This document shows positions 10,651-20,679 of a stretch of DNA of 64,000 nucleotides, one piece after another. Position 1 is the first letter of the stretch; every line of letters starts with the position of its first letter. The notes under the pieces are model-generated. The model was not told the origin of the DNA. It made no database searches and saw only the letters and a program-made list of their open reading frames with translations. A program made the position numbers and the translations under genes. This stretch comes from Clostridia bacterium (lineage in GTDB: Bacteria; Bacillota; Clostridia; Oscillospirales; CAG-272): assembly GCA_017483195.1 (NCBI GenBank), contig JAFULR010000010.1, positions 12,673-76,672 of the forward strand, written 5' to 3'.

Positions 10651-11954
10651 ATTTATTGAAAAAGTCGGGAAGGGAGCTGATCTTGACCTCGGTCTCCTCG
10701 CGTGTGATGAGGTTTTTGACCTTTACGGTGCCGTTTTCAAGCTCGCTGCCGCCCATAATCACGATGTGGGTATAGCCCTCCTTGAAGGCATAGTCGATCT
10801 GCTTGCCGAATTTCTTTGTGCCAAGGTAGAGCGCGCTCGTTATTCCCGCCTCGCGAAGGGATGCGGTGAGTCCTATATATTCCTTATAGGGAACGTCGTT
10901 GAATCTTGCAACGAGCACCTTTGTGTTGCCCTCTGTAAAATCGGGGACGAGGTTATGTGTTACAAGGAAGTTTTCAAGCGTTACGTCGCCCATTCCGTAG
11001 CCAACGCCGCTGACCTTTGCGTTCTTTACGAAAAGTCCAACGAGGTTATCGTATCTGCCGCCGCCGAACATTGCGCGGTTGTTTTCGGGCGCTTCGTCGA
11101 ACACCTCAAAAACGGTGCCGGTATAGTAATCAAGTCCGCGGATGATTCCAAAATCGAATACGCAGTATTTTGCAAGTCCTGTTTCCTCAAGGAGTGCGAA
11201 AAGGTCGGAAAGCTCCTTGGCGCCAACGGAGTCGGGGCAGAGGGCTGTTGCTTCCTCGACGCTCATATTATAGAGCGCGTCGATCTTATTGATCTGCTCG
11301 TCACCCAAGCCGAGTGCCTTCATTTCCTTTTCATATACCTCGCGCGGGATTTTATTCTTTTTATCCACGATCTTTGAAACCTTCTTTGCGCCGTCGGCGT
11401 CGGAATTGCAGATCGCGGAGATAACGTCGTTGAAAAATCTGCGGTTATTGATATGCACCTTGAACATTGTTTCGTCCGCGCCGAAGCCGCGAAGAACGTT
11501 TATAGCGCTTTCGATGACGTCCATATCCGCCTCAAAGCCGTCGCATCCGAAAATATCAACGTTGAGCTGCCAGAATTCGCGAAGACGTCCGCGCTGGGGA
11601 GCCTCGCAACGGTACATATTGGGGATTGCAAACCATTTGAGGGGCATATTAAGGTCATAAATCTTTGCGGCAACCATACGCGCTACGCTTGGAGTCATTT
11701 CAGGTCTGATAGCAAGGTGGCGGTCGCCTCTGTCCATAAAGTTATAGGTCTGGGTGCTTGCAAGCTCCTCGCCGCTTTTTGCCGCGTATATATCGAAGGA
11801 TTCAAGCATGGGCGCGTTATATTCCTCATATGCGGATCTTTCAAGAACCTCGCGGATCTTTCCAAAGAACCAGTTGCGGAAGCGCATCTCTGCAGGGTAG
11901 AAATCTCTTGTGCCTTTATATGGCTGTGTTGATAAAAGTGTGTTGCTCAAAATA
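10649..11954 (-). CDS. hisS: histidine--tRNA ligase
   Basis: Class-II aaRS HisRS motifs (...YKGTRDFYP..., ...GGRYD..., anticodon-binding C-terminus); TTG start at 11954 with AGAGAGGA RBS. Confidence 0.9.
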
Positions 11955-11992
11955 TTTTCCTCTCTTAAAAGATAATAAACATATATACTCAG

Positions 11993-12030
11993 TTTAGTAT
12001 AACACATTTTTTCGCGTTTGTCTATAAGAA
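11993..12030 (-). promoter_or_regulatory. putative sigma-A promoter of hisS (TAGACA-17-TGnTATACT)
   Basis: Minus-strand TAGACA, 17-nt spacer, extended -10 TGTTATACT about 40 nt upstream of the TTG start; no T-box motif found. Confidence 0.3.
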
Positions 12031-13120
12031 TGGGGAAATTTGTTTTATAGATAAACTGTGATTTATCGGGGAGTTTAATAAGTTAGATTAGGTTTGGAAG
12101 GGGAACTCCCTCACCGCCTGCGGCGGAGCTCCCTCCTCGGAAGGAGCCTACTGTTAGGCGAACCTTTGCGTGTATCCGTGATGTTTTAGGTGGGCGGATG
12201 TTTGCTCGGACGCGCACAGCGCGCCCCTACGAGTTTGTTCACCGCGCAAGATCCTTCGGTCGCGTTGCTCCCTCGAGGATGACGCGCGGGTTCCACGAAC
12301 GCAAGCATTCGGCGCGGAGTCGAGGTGTCGCACACAACCCTCGCCTCCCTCTGTCGAGGGAGGGGGACCACGAAGTGGTGGTGGGAGAGTTTCAAATGCA
12401 AAGTTACTTTTCTACGAACGCGGACGCGCAAAGCGCGCCCCTACGAAGGTTGGCGGTGTTTTATAGCAGTGCAGTAGCCATAAATCAATCAAAACGGCTA
12501 CGCACAGAATGCCGCCTTACAGTAGCCCTCTTCCGCAGAAGAGGGTGGCATTGAACTCACGAGCTTGCTCGTTAGTTCCGGTGACGGGTGTAGTTCCCCT
12601 TTTAAAAGAAAAGTTACTTTGCCTTTGGAAAGTCACAAAGACCCCTTCGTAGATCCCTGCACGTTGTGCAGGTTTTGTCCGTTCCGCTTTGCTTCACTAC
12701 CAAAACTTCGTCTCGCTGGCGCTCGCTCAGGATGACGTGTTGAGGTGGGGGGTGCGGTGGGCGGATGTTTGGCTCGGACGCGCACAAGAAATAAAGGTTA
12801 ATTGCCTACTTCAGCAAGAACGCGTTTTTGCTTGCAAAACGGAGTCGTAAGACGACGAGCGTTTTTCGATGGCGCGCCACTATTATTTTGGATAACCACA
12901 AAATTCTACGCGCGGCGAGGCGCCCCTACGGGTTTGATGAGAAAGCCGTTTGTGAGTGCTGGTGCCGTTCCCCTCATCCGTCAGGCATCCGCCTGCCACC
13001 TTCCCCTCAGGGGAAGGCTAAGTGCGCGATAAATCAAAATTTGAACGTTGGGATAAAAGCATATTGAAATAATCGGCTATTTGTGATATAATGGGATAAA
13101 TACGAATGATGGTTGAGGTG
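12005..13120. repeat. second mosaic array of the same repeat modules
   Basis: Shares about 170-nt and about 60-nt segments with 9400..10650 (some direct, some inverted); REP 24-mers at about 12213 and 12424. Confidence 0.8.
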
Positions 13121-13125
13121 AAAAT

Positions 13126-13482
13126 ATGTTGAAATTTATATGTTATCCGAAATGCACGACCTGTCAGAAGGCTAAGAAGTGGCTTGATGACAACAAGATC
13201 GAATACGAGCTTCGCGATATCAAGGCGGACAAGCCCACGCTTGATGAATTAAAGCTTTGGCACACGGCGAGTGGTTTGCCTTTAAAGAGATTTTTTAACA
13301 CGAGCGGTCTTTTGTACAAATCGTTAGATCTCAAAAACAGGCTACCGTCAATGACCGAGGACGAGATGCTGCAGCTCCTCTCAGGCGACGGTATGCTTGT
13401 AAAACGTCCTTTGCTTATAGGAGAGGGATGGGTCCTTGTCGGATTTAAGGAAAGCGAGTGGGAGGATCAGCTAAAAGAATAA
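13126..13482 (+). CDS. ArsC/Spx-family (thioredoxin-like) protein
   Basis: 118 aa, N-terminal CTTC redox motif, KRPLL motif typical of the ArsC/Spx/YffB family. Confidence 0.7.
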   Translation: MLKFICYPKCTTCQKAKKWLDDNKIEYELRDIKADKPTLDELKLWHTASGLPLKRFFNTSGLLYKSLDLKNRLPSMTEDEMLQLLSGDGMLVKRPLLIGEGWVLVGFKESEWEDQLKE

Positions 13483-13727
13483 TAAAAAAGCCCGCAAAAG
13501 ATGGTGCAACTTACCTCCTTGATATCACTGTAAATATATTTTACCAAAGGATAGTCCGCTTTTAAAGATGCAGCTTGATTGATTTTGCATACGCATCGGA
13601 TCCTGCGCCCCAAAATTCGGAGAATTGCCAAAGCTATATAATATTTGCGCCATAATTTGAAAAATCTCTTGACAAGCAAACGAAAATATGGTAATATATT
13701 AGGGTCGTAAGACACTACGGTAAATAT

Positions 13728-13816
13728 GGAGGATTATCGAAGTGGTCATAACGAGGCGGTCTTGAAAACCGTTTGCCTTTACGGGCACGAGGGTTCGAAT
13801 CCCCCATCCTCCGCCA
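13728..13816 (+). tRNA. tRNA-Ser (anticodon UGA)
   Basis: Manual fold: 7-bp acceptor GGAGGAT/ATCCTCC; 3-bp D-stem; anticodon stem GCGGT/ACCGT with loop CTTGAAA; long variable arm; T-loop TTCGAAT; discriminator G plus encoded CCA. Confidence 0.85.
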
Positions 13817-13823
13817 AAACGGA

Positions 13824-13850
13824 AAAGCACCCATCAGGGTGCTTTTTTGT
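13824..13850 (+). terminator. rho-independent terminator after tRNA-Ser
   Basis: AGCACCC-atca-GGGTGCT followed by TTTTTT. Confidence 0.75.
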
Positions 13851-13924
13851 TTTGCGGAGGATATAAATATAATTCATCAAACTAATTTGATATACTATCT
13901 AATCGTTTTTATTGGTTTGTGTAC

Positions 13925-14338
13925 TTATTCTGTATAATATTTAATTTTCAATGTGGAGGAATATCCGCTTTCGGGAGAATAAATAACTACATCGCCGTGC
14001 TTCATGCATTGGCGCATGGCATTACACACCATAGGGTATCTTTTCTTTAGCTTTAAGCCATTGTGTACATCACGAGCAACGATTGTGATACTTGACTCAC
14101 CTTTGCTACGCGCATCTTCTATGAGCTGATTAATATAAAACCTAATAGCTTCTGTTGTCATTTTTTTCTCCTTAGGTTCGGGGGTGTTTGTGCTGATTTC
14201 TATATCCCAATCGTCATCGAAGGCATCATCTTCATCAAACACCCCTTCTTGAATGAGTCTTTTTTCCATTATCTTGACTCGCTTCTCTAAGATTTTTACT
14301 TTTGCCAATAATTCTACAATAATAGTATCGTAATTCAT
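13925..14338 (-). CDS. hypothetical protein (AT-rich, element remnant)
   Basis: 137-aa ORF adjacent to the tRNA; no recognisable family. Confidence 0.4.
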   Translation of the reverse strand: MNYDTIIVELLAKVKILEKRVKIMEKRLIQEGVFDEDDAFDDDWDIEISTNTPEPKEKKMTTEAIRFYINQLIEDARSKGESSITIVARDVHNGLKLKKRYPMVCNAMRQCMKHGDVVIYSPESGYSSTLKIKYYTE

Positions 14339-14530
14339 AGAATTCTACCTCCTTTTTTTATTATTCTACCACATACGATAGAATTTGTCAATAGAATTTT
14401 AGAATTTTGGTAGAATTTTTTAGATTGTGCTACTCTGTATCCTCGGTATTGAGACTGAGCACGCTCTCTATCTCTCTGCCGGCTTCGCTCTTGATCTGGA
14501 AATCAATGTGAGAATAGTATGTCTAAAAAT

Positions 14531-14749
14531 TTATCTCTTTTTTTGATAATTATTTTCATCGCATAAAAATTCTATCAAGCACACCTTGGGTACGATTATC
14601 TTGCCGCCTGCTTTGATAGAGTGCAGCGAGCCGCTTTTGATAAGGTCATAGGTTTTGTTCTTGCCGAGTCGCAATAGCTTCGCCGCCTCCACCACCGTCA
14701 GCACGTCGGGCGCACCCTTGAACATAGAATAGTAATCTCGCTCCGTCAT
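14531..14749 (-). CDS. excisionase/MerR-type HTH DNA-binding protein (Xis-like)
   Basis: 72 aa with DVLTVVEAAKLLRLGKNKTYDLIKSGSLHSIKAGGKIIVPK, a typical HTH_17/excisionase fold. Confidence 0.65.
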   Translation of the reverse strand: MTERDYYSMFKGAPDVLTVVEAAKLLRLGKNKTYDLIKSGSLHSIKAGGKIIVPKVCLIEFLCDENNYQKKR

Positions 14750-14905
14750 ATTTCCGCCTTTCTTATGTGTTTTCTGCCCCCTTGGGAGCTACACCTGTAT
14801 TATGATAGAGTGACATCAAATAATATGATCAGATTTTCAGAGAGGAAATATAATGCTCCGCGACAATGCTCTTGCGGTTGTGCCCGAGGCGCGGGAGGCG
14901 GCAAA

Positions 14906-14933
14906 GAGGGCTGACGAGAAATCGTCAGCCCTC
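14906..14933. repeat. GAGGGCTGACGA-gaaa-TCGTCAGCCCTC hairpin (copy 1)
   Basis: Perfect 12-bp stem; a second copy with identical stem lies at 20300..20329. Confidence 0.7.
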
Positions 14934-15201
14934 AATATTTACGTTGGAGGAAATAAAGAAAAGCAAAATCGGTTGAAAAGTTCATAGAAATATGATATAA
15001 CAATTTCACCAATAAGAATTTGATGAAGCCATCGAGAACGGTGGATTTTTTTCTTTTCGCTGAATATGTAACTCTGATTTAAGCATTCAAAATAAATCAT
15101 CTTTATACAATCTTAATACCGCGCGGTAGAGTGCTAACGCCGTCTTTATCTGTTTTTTGGTAAAATGTATATAGTAGAAAGAGTATAAGGAGAGGTGTAT
15201 A

Positions 15202-16533
15202 ATGCGGCCTTTACATAGATTTAAGCTGTCATCATTCCAAGTAATTTTACTTGGCTTTGCGGCAGTAATATTGATTGGAGCGTTTCTGCTGATGCTCCCC
15301 ATATCAAGCAAGGAGGGTGTCGTAACACCGTTTTCGGATGCCTTGTTTACATCAACCTCAGCAGTATGCGTAACAGGACTTATAGTACAGGATACGGCTA
15401 CCTATTGGTCGTATTTTGGACAAGCTATCATTCTCATACTCATTCAGATCGGAGGCTTGGGCGTTGTTACGGTTTCAGCTTCGGTATCTATTCTCGCAGG
15501 CAGAAAGATCGGGCTTGGACAGCGAAGCACGATGCAGGAGGCAATGTCAGCCCCAAGCGTTGGCGGTATCGTTCGTTTGACTTGGTTCATTCTCAAGGGC
15601 GTGCTTATTATTGAAGTGATCGGTATGCTCGCTATGCTTCCCGTGTTCTGTGTCGATCACGGAGTAAAAGGAATATGGATGGCGGTGTTCCACTCCATAT
15701 CGGCATTCTGCAACGCAGGATTTGACGTGATGGGAGAGGTCAGCGGACAGTATTCCTCGCTTACCGCCTATGCCGCGCACCCCATAATTAGCATTGTAAT
15801 TATGCTACTCATCATAATCGGCGGCATCGGCTTCTTGACTTGGGAGGATATATACAGGCACAAATGGCATGTCAAAAAATACCGCACGCAAAGCAAGATC
15901 ATACTTGCGATGACGGGGACACTGATATTCATTCCTACGCTGTATTTCTTCTTATGCGAGTTTGAAAGATATGCTATCGGTGAACGAATACTGCTATCTC
16001 TATTTCAAGCAGTAACGCCGAGAACGGCAGGCTTCAATACGGCAAATCTCGGACTTATCAGTGAGGTCGGTCTCTTGCTTATGATCTTCTTAATGCTTGT
16101 GGGCGGATCTCCCGGATCAACCGCAGGCGGTATGAAAACCACAACGCTTGCCGTTCTGGTTGCTTCTGCAACCTCGGTTTTCCGTAAGAAAGAGGGCGCG
16201 CAGATGTTTAAGCGAAGAATTGCAGATGATACAGTCAAGCACGCCTCGGCAATCTGCCTTTTGTATATCGTCCTGTTTTTGCTCGGCGGTGCAGTCATAA
16301 GTGCTGTTGAGGGATTGCCTCTTATGACCTGCCTTTACGAAACGGCTTCGGCAATCGGTACAGTCGGTCTTACGCTTGGCATAACTCCGTCACTTGGTAC
16401 TGTATCACGAATCATTTTAATTGCTCTGATGTTCTTCGGACGTGTCGGAGGACTTACCTTGATTTACGCCACCTTTGGCGGTACAAAGAAAAATATATCG
16501 AAGCTACCGATGGATAAGGTAACGGTAGGATAA
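15202..16533 (+). CDS. ktrB: TrkH/KtrB-family potassium transporter
   Basis: 443 aa, multi-TM, TrkH-family signature segments (GFNTANL, GGSPGSTAGG). Confidence 0.85.
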   Translation: MRPLHRFKLSSFQVILLGFAAVILIGAFLLMLPISSKEGVVTPFSDALFTSTSAVCVTGLIVQDTATYWSYFGQAIILILIQIGGLGVVTVSASVSILAGRKIGLGQRSTMQEAMSAPSVGGIVRLTWFILKGVLIIEVIGMLAMLPVFCVDHGVKGIWMAVFHSISAFCNAGFDVMGEVSGQYSSLTAYAAHPIISIVIMLLIIIGGIGFLTWEDIYRHKWHVKKYRTQSKIILAMTGTLIFIPTLYFFLCEFERYAIGERILLSLFQAVTPRTAGFNTANLGLISEVGLLLMIFLMLVGGSPGSTAGGMKTTTLAVLVASATSVFRKKEGAQMFKRRIADDTVKHASAICLLYIVLFLLGGAVISAVEGLPLMTCLYETASAIGTVGLTLGITPSLGTVSRIILIALMFFGRVGGLTLIYATFGGTKKNISKLPMDKVTVG

Positions 16534-16545
16534 GGAGAAAACACT

Positions 16546-17199
16546 ATGAAACATAAATCAATTCTGCTCGTAGGAGTTGGCAATTTTGGAAAGCATATTG
16601 CAAGAAAATTCAATGAGCTTGGACACGATGTGATGGCAATAGATCAGGATGAAGAACGCATCAATGATGTGATGCCACTCGTAACGAGTGCTCAGATCGG
16701 CGACAGTACCAACGAGGATTTTTTGCGCACACTCGGTGTGGATAATTACGACGTGTGTATTGTGACCATCGGCGGAGATTTCCAAAGCTCGCTTGAAACG
16801 ACTTCGCTGCTCAAGGAGCTTGGCGCGAAAAAGGTGGTTTCCCGTGCCGAGCGCGACGGGCAGGCAAAGTTCCTTCTCCGCAACGGCGCGGATGAGATCG
16901 TATATCCCGAAAAGCAGCTTGCGTCTTGGATGGGCATACGGTACAGCGCAGACCATATCTTTGATTATATTGAGCTTGACGGCGAACACGCAATATTTGA
17001 AGTCACCGTGCCGAAGGAATGGATCGGTATGACGGTAGGACAGCTTGATATCCGCAGAAAATACAAGATCAACATTATGGGAATTAAAAAGAACGGCAGA
17101 TTTTCCGTGTCTATTACGCCGGATACGGTGCTGACCGAGGACAAGAACTTAATGGTCGTTGGAGAATATAAGGCACTGCAAAAGTGCTTCCGCATATAA
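16546..17199 (+). CDS. ktrA: TrkA/KtrA potassium-uptake regulatory subunit (RCK_N + RCK_C)
   Basis: Rossmann motif GVGNFG at the N-terminus; 217 aa. Confidence 0.85.
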   Translation: MKHKSILLVGVGNFGKHIARKFNELGHDVMAIDQDEERINDVMPLVTSAQIGDSTNEDFLRTLGVDNYDVCIVTIGGDFQSSLETTSLLKELGAKKVVSRAERDGQAKFLLRNGADEIVYPEKQLASWMGIRYSADHIFDYIELDGEHAIFEVTVPKEWIGMTVGQLDIRRKYKINIMGIKKNGRFSVSITPDTVLTEDKNLMVVGEYKALQKCFRI

Positions 17200-17233
17200 G
17201 CGCAAATCGAAAATCTAAAAAGGAGGTGGCATA

Positions 17234-17518
17234 ATGGTAGTTCGGGATATTATATTGGTAGTCGCGGTTCTCGGAGTAATGGTTTTCGGCTTTTTTGTAA
17301 TGAAACGCCTTGACAAATTCCTTGACGAGAACAGAAAACGCATTGAACAAGAAGAAAAGGAAAAAGAGCCGTCCTGCGTTATGCTCGCCACCGATATGAC
17401 GGATGAAGAATTAATAAGGAATATTCGTACATATAAAAAACAGCGCGGAGATGCTTATATCACCTTATATCAGGACGAGGATGAGTTGTACGACGAGCTG
17501 TTTGACGGAAAACGGTAG
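17234..17518 (+). CDS. hypothetical small membrane protein
   Basis: 94 aa, one TM helix then an acidic tail; GGAGG RBS. Confidence 0.45.
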   Translation: MVVRDIILVVAVLGVMVFGFFVMKRLDKFLDENRKRIEQEEKEKEPSCVMLATDMTDEELIRNIRTYKKQRGDAYITLYQDEDELYDELFDGKR

Positions 17519-17702
17519 ATTTTTTCATAAATTTATGATATAATGTATGCAGAAAGTCTTGTAATGCAAGCCTTTGTGCTACGCACTACCGCACCTTGTG
17601 TGGCTGCATAATTGAATCAAGTCGTAAAAATGCCCTTGCAAGCAAGCATTTTTACTTGTGATATAATAATTAAAACCATTCTAACAGAAGGAGGAAGGGC
17701 TT

Positions 17703-19568
17703 ATGAAAAAAACGAATACGAAAGAGCATATTCTCGTGTGCCTTTCCTCAGCCCCGTCAAATGCGAGAATCATAGAAACAGCCGCAAAGATGTCAAAAGC
17801 CTTCGGAGCGAGCTTTACGGCATTGTATGTACAAACACCTGCCTCCGAGCTTATGCTTGATGCGGATAAGGCTCGTCTTGCAGATAATATTCGCTATGCC
17901 GAGTCACTCGGAGCGAATGTGGCGACCGTCATCGGAGATAACGTTGCATTTCAGATCGCCGAGTTCTCACGGCTGTCGGGCATCACCAAGGTCGTTCTTG
18001 GAAGAAGCGCGGCTCCTAAAAAAGGACTTTTCAAAAAGCAAACGCTTACAGATCAGCTTATCGCACTTGCCCCGAATCTTGATGTACATATCATTCCCGA
18101 TATGACGGTCAAGCAGAAGGAGCAAAAGGCTCGGTTGTTCGGTAAGAGAACACTCTTGTCTACGCTTAAGGACTTTGGAATCAGTGCGCTCATTTTGGCA
18201 ATCGCATCTGGAATATCCTTTGGGTTGCATTATATGGGCTTTACCGATGCCAATATTATCACGGTATATATTCTTGCTGTTCTCATTATATCAGTGCTGA
18301 CCGAAAATAGATTTTGTTGGGTTATCAGCTCTGCCGCAGGCGTTCTGCTGTTCAATTTCTTCTTTACCACCCCGAAGTTCTCTCTGATGGCTTATGACAA
18401 GGGCTATCCCGTAACATTCCTTGTGATGCTCGTTGCTTCATTGGTAACGGGTAGTATAGCCGCGAGAATGAAAAGCCACGCCAAGCAATCGGCGCAGACG
18501 GCTTACAGAACGAAGATACTGCTTGACACCAACCAAATGCTTGCTAAAGCAAAGAACGCAGACGAGATATTTGAAATAGCCGCCACGCAAACGAAAAAGC
18601 TGTTAGCACTTGATGCCTTTGCGATTCGTGATAATGACCTGTCAAAGCTCGGCATCACATGCACGAATCTATGCAAAACCGAGTCCTGCACCTATTATCC
18701 CATACACGCAAGCAATACGGTTTACGGAGCAATCGGAATACAAAGCGCCAAAACGGTCGATGCCTTTGAAAACAGTATTCTGCTTTCGATCCTCGGAGAA
18801 TGTGCCTTGGCACTTGAAAGCGAGAGAAACGCGCGAGAGAAGGAAGCCTCTGCGATCCTTGCAGAGCAAGAGAAGCTACGCGCAAATCTGCTCCGCACCA
18901 TATCCCACGACCTTCGTACACCGCTGACATCGATTTCCGGAAACGCAGGTAACCTTCTTGCCAATGATGAGATATTCGACATAGAAACGCGCCGTCAGAT
19001 CTATGCTGATATTCGTGAGGATTCCGAGTGGCTCATCAGCCTTGTGGAAAATCTTCTGTCGGTATCCCGTATGGGAGATGGCAAGAGCGACATACGGATG
19101 TCCGCTGAGCTTGTGTCCGATGTTATTGATGAAGCAGTCAGACGCACCGAGAAAAATGCAAGCGAGCATAATCTCACCGTCAAGGAAAGCGATGGAATAT
19201 TGCTTGCGCGGATGGATGCAAGGCTTATCGTTCAGGTGTTGATAAACCTTATTGATAATGCGATCAAATATACGCCGAGTGGTTCTGAAATAGATATTTC
19301 GGCAGTCGAGAAGGACAATGAAATTGCAATCACCGTAGCGGATAACGGACACGGAATTGCAGACGAGATAAAGCCCCGTGTATTCGATATGTTCTACACG
19401 GGTGCTGAAAAAATTGCCGACAGCCGCAGAAGTCTCGGCCTTGGACTTGCGCTCTGCAAATCCATTGTAAATGCTCACGGCGGTGAAATTACAGTAAGTG
19501 ATAACAAGCCGCACGGTGCGGTATTTACCTTTACATTACCAAAGGAGGAGGTGGAGATCAGTGAATAA
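17703..19568 (+). CDS. kdpD: KdpD-like sensor histidine kinase (USP-TM-GAF-HisKA-HATPase; lacks the N-terminal KdpD sensor domain)
   Basis: Starts directly with the Usp domain, then 4 TM helices, H-box (ISHDLRTPLTSI) and HATPase_c. Confidence 0.8.
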   Translation: MKKTNTKEHILVCLSSAPSNARIIETAAKMSKAFGASFTALYVQTPASELMLDADKARLADNIRYAESLGANVATVIGDNVAFQIAEFSRLSGITKVVLGRSAAPKKGLFKKQTLTDQLIALAPNLDVHIIPDMTVKQKEQKARLFGKRTLLSTLKDFGISALILAIASGISFGLHYMGFTDANIITVYILAVLIISVLTENRFCWVISSAAGVLLFNFFFTTPKFSLMAYDKGYPVTFLVMLVASLVTGSIAARMKSHAKQSAQTAYRTKILLDTNQMLAKAKNADEIFEIAATQTKKLLALDAFAIRDNDLSKLGITCTNLCKTESCTYYPIHASNTVYGAIGIQSAKTVDAFENSILLSILGECALALESERNAREKEASAILAEQEKLRANLLRTISHDLRTPLTSISGNAGNLLANDEIFDIETRRQIYADIREDSEWLISLVENLLSVSRMGDGKSDIRMSAELVSDVIDEAVRRTEKNASEHNLTVKESDGILLARMDARLIVQVLINLIDNAIKYTPSGSEIDISAVEKDNEIAITVADNGHGIADEIKPRVFDMFYTGAEKIADSRRSLGLGLALCKSIVNAHGGEITVSDNKPHGAVFTFTLPKEEVEISE

Positions 19569-20256
19569 ACCCTTTATACTCGTAGTCGAGGACGATGCGT
19601 CCGTTCGCAATCTGATTACAACGACCTTAAAGGCGCACGAATACAAATTTATAACGGCACAGAACGGAAACAACGCTATTATGGAAGCATCCTCGCACAA
19701 TCCCGATATCGTTCTGCTGGATCTCGGACTTCCCGATATGGACGGCGTTGAGGTTATTGATAGAATACGCACGTGGTCGGATATGCCGATCATCGTCATC
19801 AGCGCACGCAGTGAGGATAAGGACAAAATTGATGCCCTTGATGCAGGTGCGGACGATTACTTAACCAAGCCATTCTCCGTAGAGGAGCTCTTGGCGCGGC
19901 TTCGTGTTACGCAAAGAAGGCTATCAGCTAACCGTAACGAAAGCACAAGCTCTGTATTTATAAACGGTACTTTGCGAATCGACTATGCCGCAGGCTGCGC
20001 TTATCTCGGAGAGGAAGAATTGCATCTGACTCCTATCGAATACAAAATACTGTGCCTGCTTGCAGCAAACGTCGGGAAGGTCTTAACGCATACCTTCATT
20101 ACACAGAAAATATGGGGCGCGGCGTGGGAGAATAACGTAGCCTCTCTACGTGTCTTTATGGCAACGCTACGCAAAAAGATCGAGTCAACACCCGACTCAC
20201 CTCAGTATATCCAAACGCACATCGGAGTTGGATACAGAATGATGAGGGTAGAGTAA
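19561..20256 (+). CDS. kdpE: OmpR-family response regulator KdpE-like
   Basis: GTG start with AGGAGG RBS overlapping the kdpD stop; receiver domain (ILVVEDD...D) plus winged-helix output. Confidence 0.8.
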   Translation: MNKPFILVVEDDASVRNLITTTLKAHEYKFITAQNGNNAIMEASSHNPDIVLLDLGLPDMDGVEVIDRIRTWSDMPIIVISARSEDKDKIDALDAGADDYLTKPFSVEELLARLRVTQRRLSANRNESTSSVFINGTLRIDYAAGCAYLGEEELHLTPIEYKILCLLAANVGKVLTHTFITQKIWGAAWENNVASLRVFMATLRKKIESTPDSPQYIQTHIGVGYRMMRVE

Positions 20257-20299
20257 GGAGAAAAACAAATTCTAATTTGTCATAATGATGATAAAGAGC

Positions 20300-20329
20300 G
20301 AGGGCTGACGAAAACAATCGTCAGCCCTC
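20300..20329. repeat. GAGGGCTGACGA-aaacaa-TCGTCAGCCCTC hairpin (copy 2; probable bidirectional terminator)
   Basis: Same 12-bp stem as 14906..14933; lies between convergent genes. Confidence 0.7.
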
Positions 20330-20347
20330 AAAATATCTGAGAAGTTT

Positions 20348-20677
20348 TCACTTTCTCATATTATTGAGAAAATCTATAATAACACTGCCGACCTCGTCAA
20401 AAGAGAGGTCGATATTGCCCTTGAAATAATCCACCATTGTATCTACGCAGGCATTGGTAAGAAAACGTATTTGCGCGTATTTCTCGGCTTTATTTTTGGA
20501 AAATGGAAGCGCTGCACTATCCTCAAAAATCTTCTTGGATATTATTGCCTTCAGCTTTTCAATAAAAAATCTGACATCGGGTGATGTGACCGCATTACGG
20601 TAGATAACATTCCAGACAACCTCTTTCATTCCCTCTCTTATTCTCTCCAAAACAAAAAAAAGCCGCCCTGCTTTCAC
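20348..20677 (-). CDS. hypothetical protein (possible TetR C-terminal-like remnant)
   Basis: 109-aa ORF, helical; no N-terminal HTH; weak assignment. Confidence 0.3.
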   Translation of the reverse strand: MKAGRLFFVLERIREGMKEVVWNVIYRNAVTSPDVRFFIEKLKAIISKKIFEDSAALPFSKNKAEKYAQIRFLTNACVDTMVDYFKGNIDLSFDEVGSVIIDFLNNMRK

Positions 20678-20679
20678 AG

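Noticed and set aside
11955-12190. Possible T-box leader upstream of hisS
   Set aside because: No T-box motif (AAnnnGGGTGGnACCGCG) found; only a plausible promoter.
12186-13067. ORFs in the second repeat array
   Set aside because: Same reasoning; the sequences are shared repeat modules found in both orientations.
14340-14530. Integrase gene next to tRNA-Ser
   Set aside because: No ORF with tyrosine-recombinase motifs could be read in any frame; at most a short fragment.
14930-15201. Possible c-di-AMP (ydaO-type) riboswitch upstream of ktrB
   Set aside because: No recognisable conserved pseudoknot/helix motifs; the region is too short and AT-rich.
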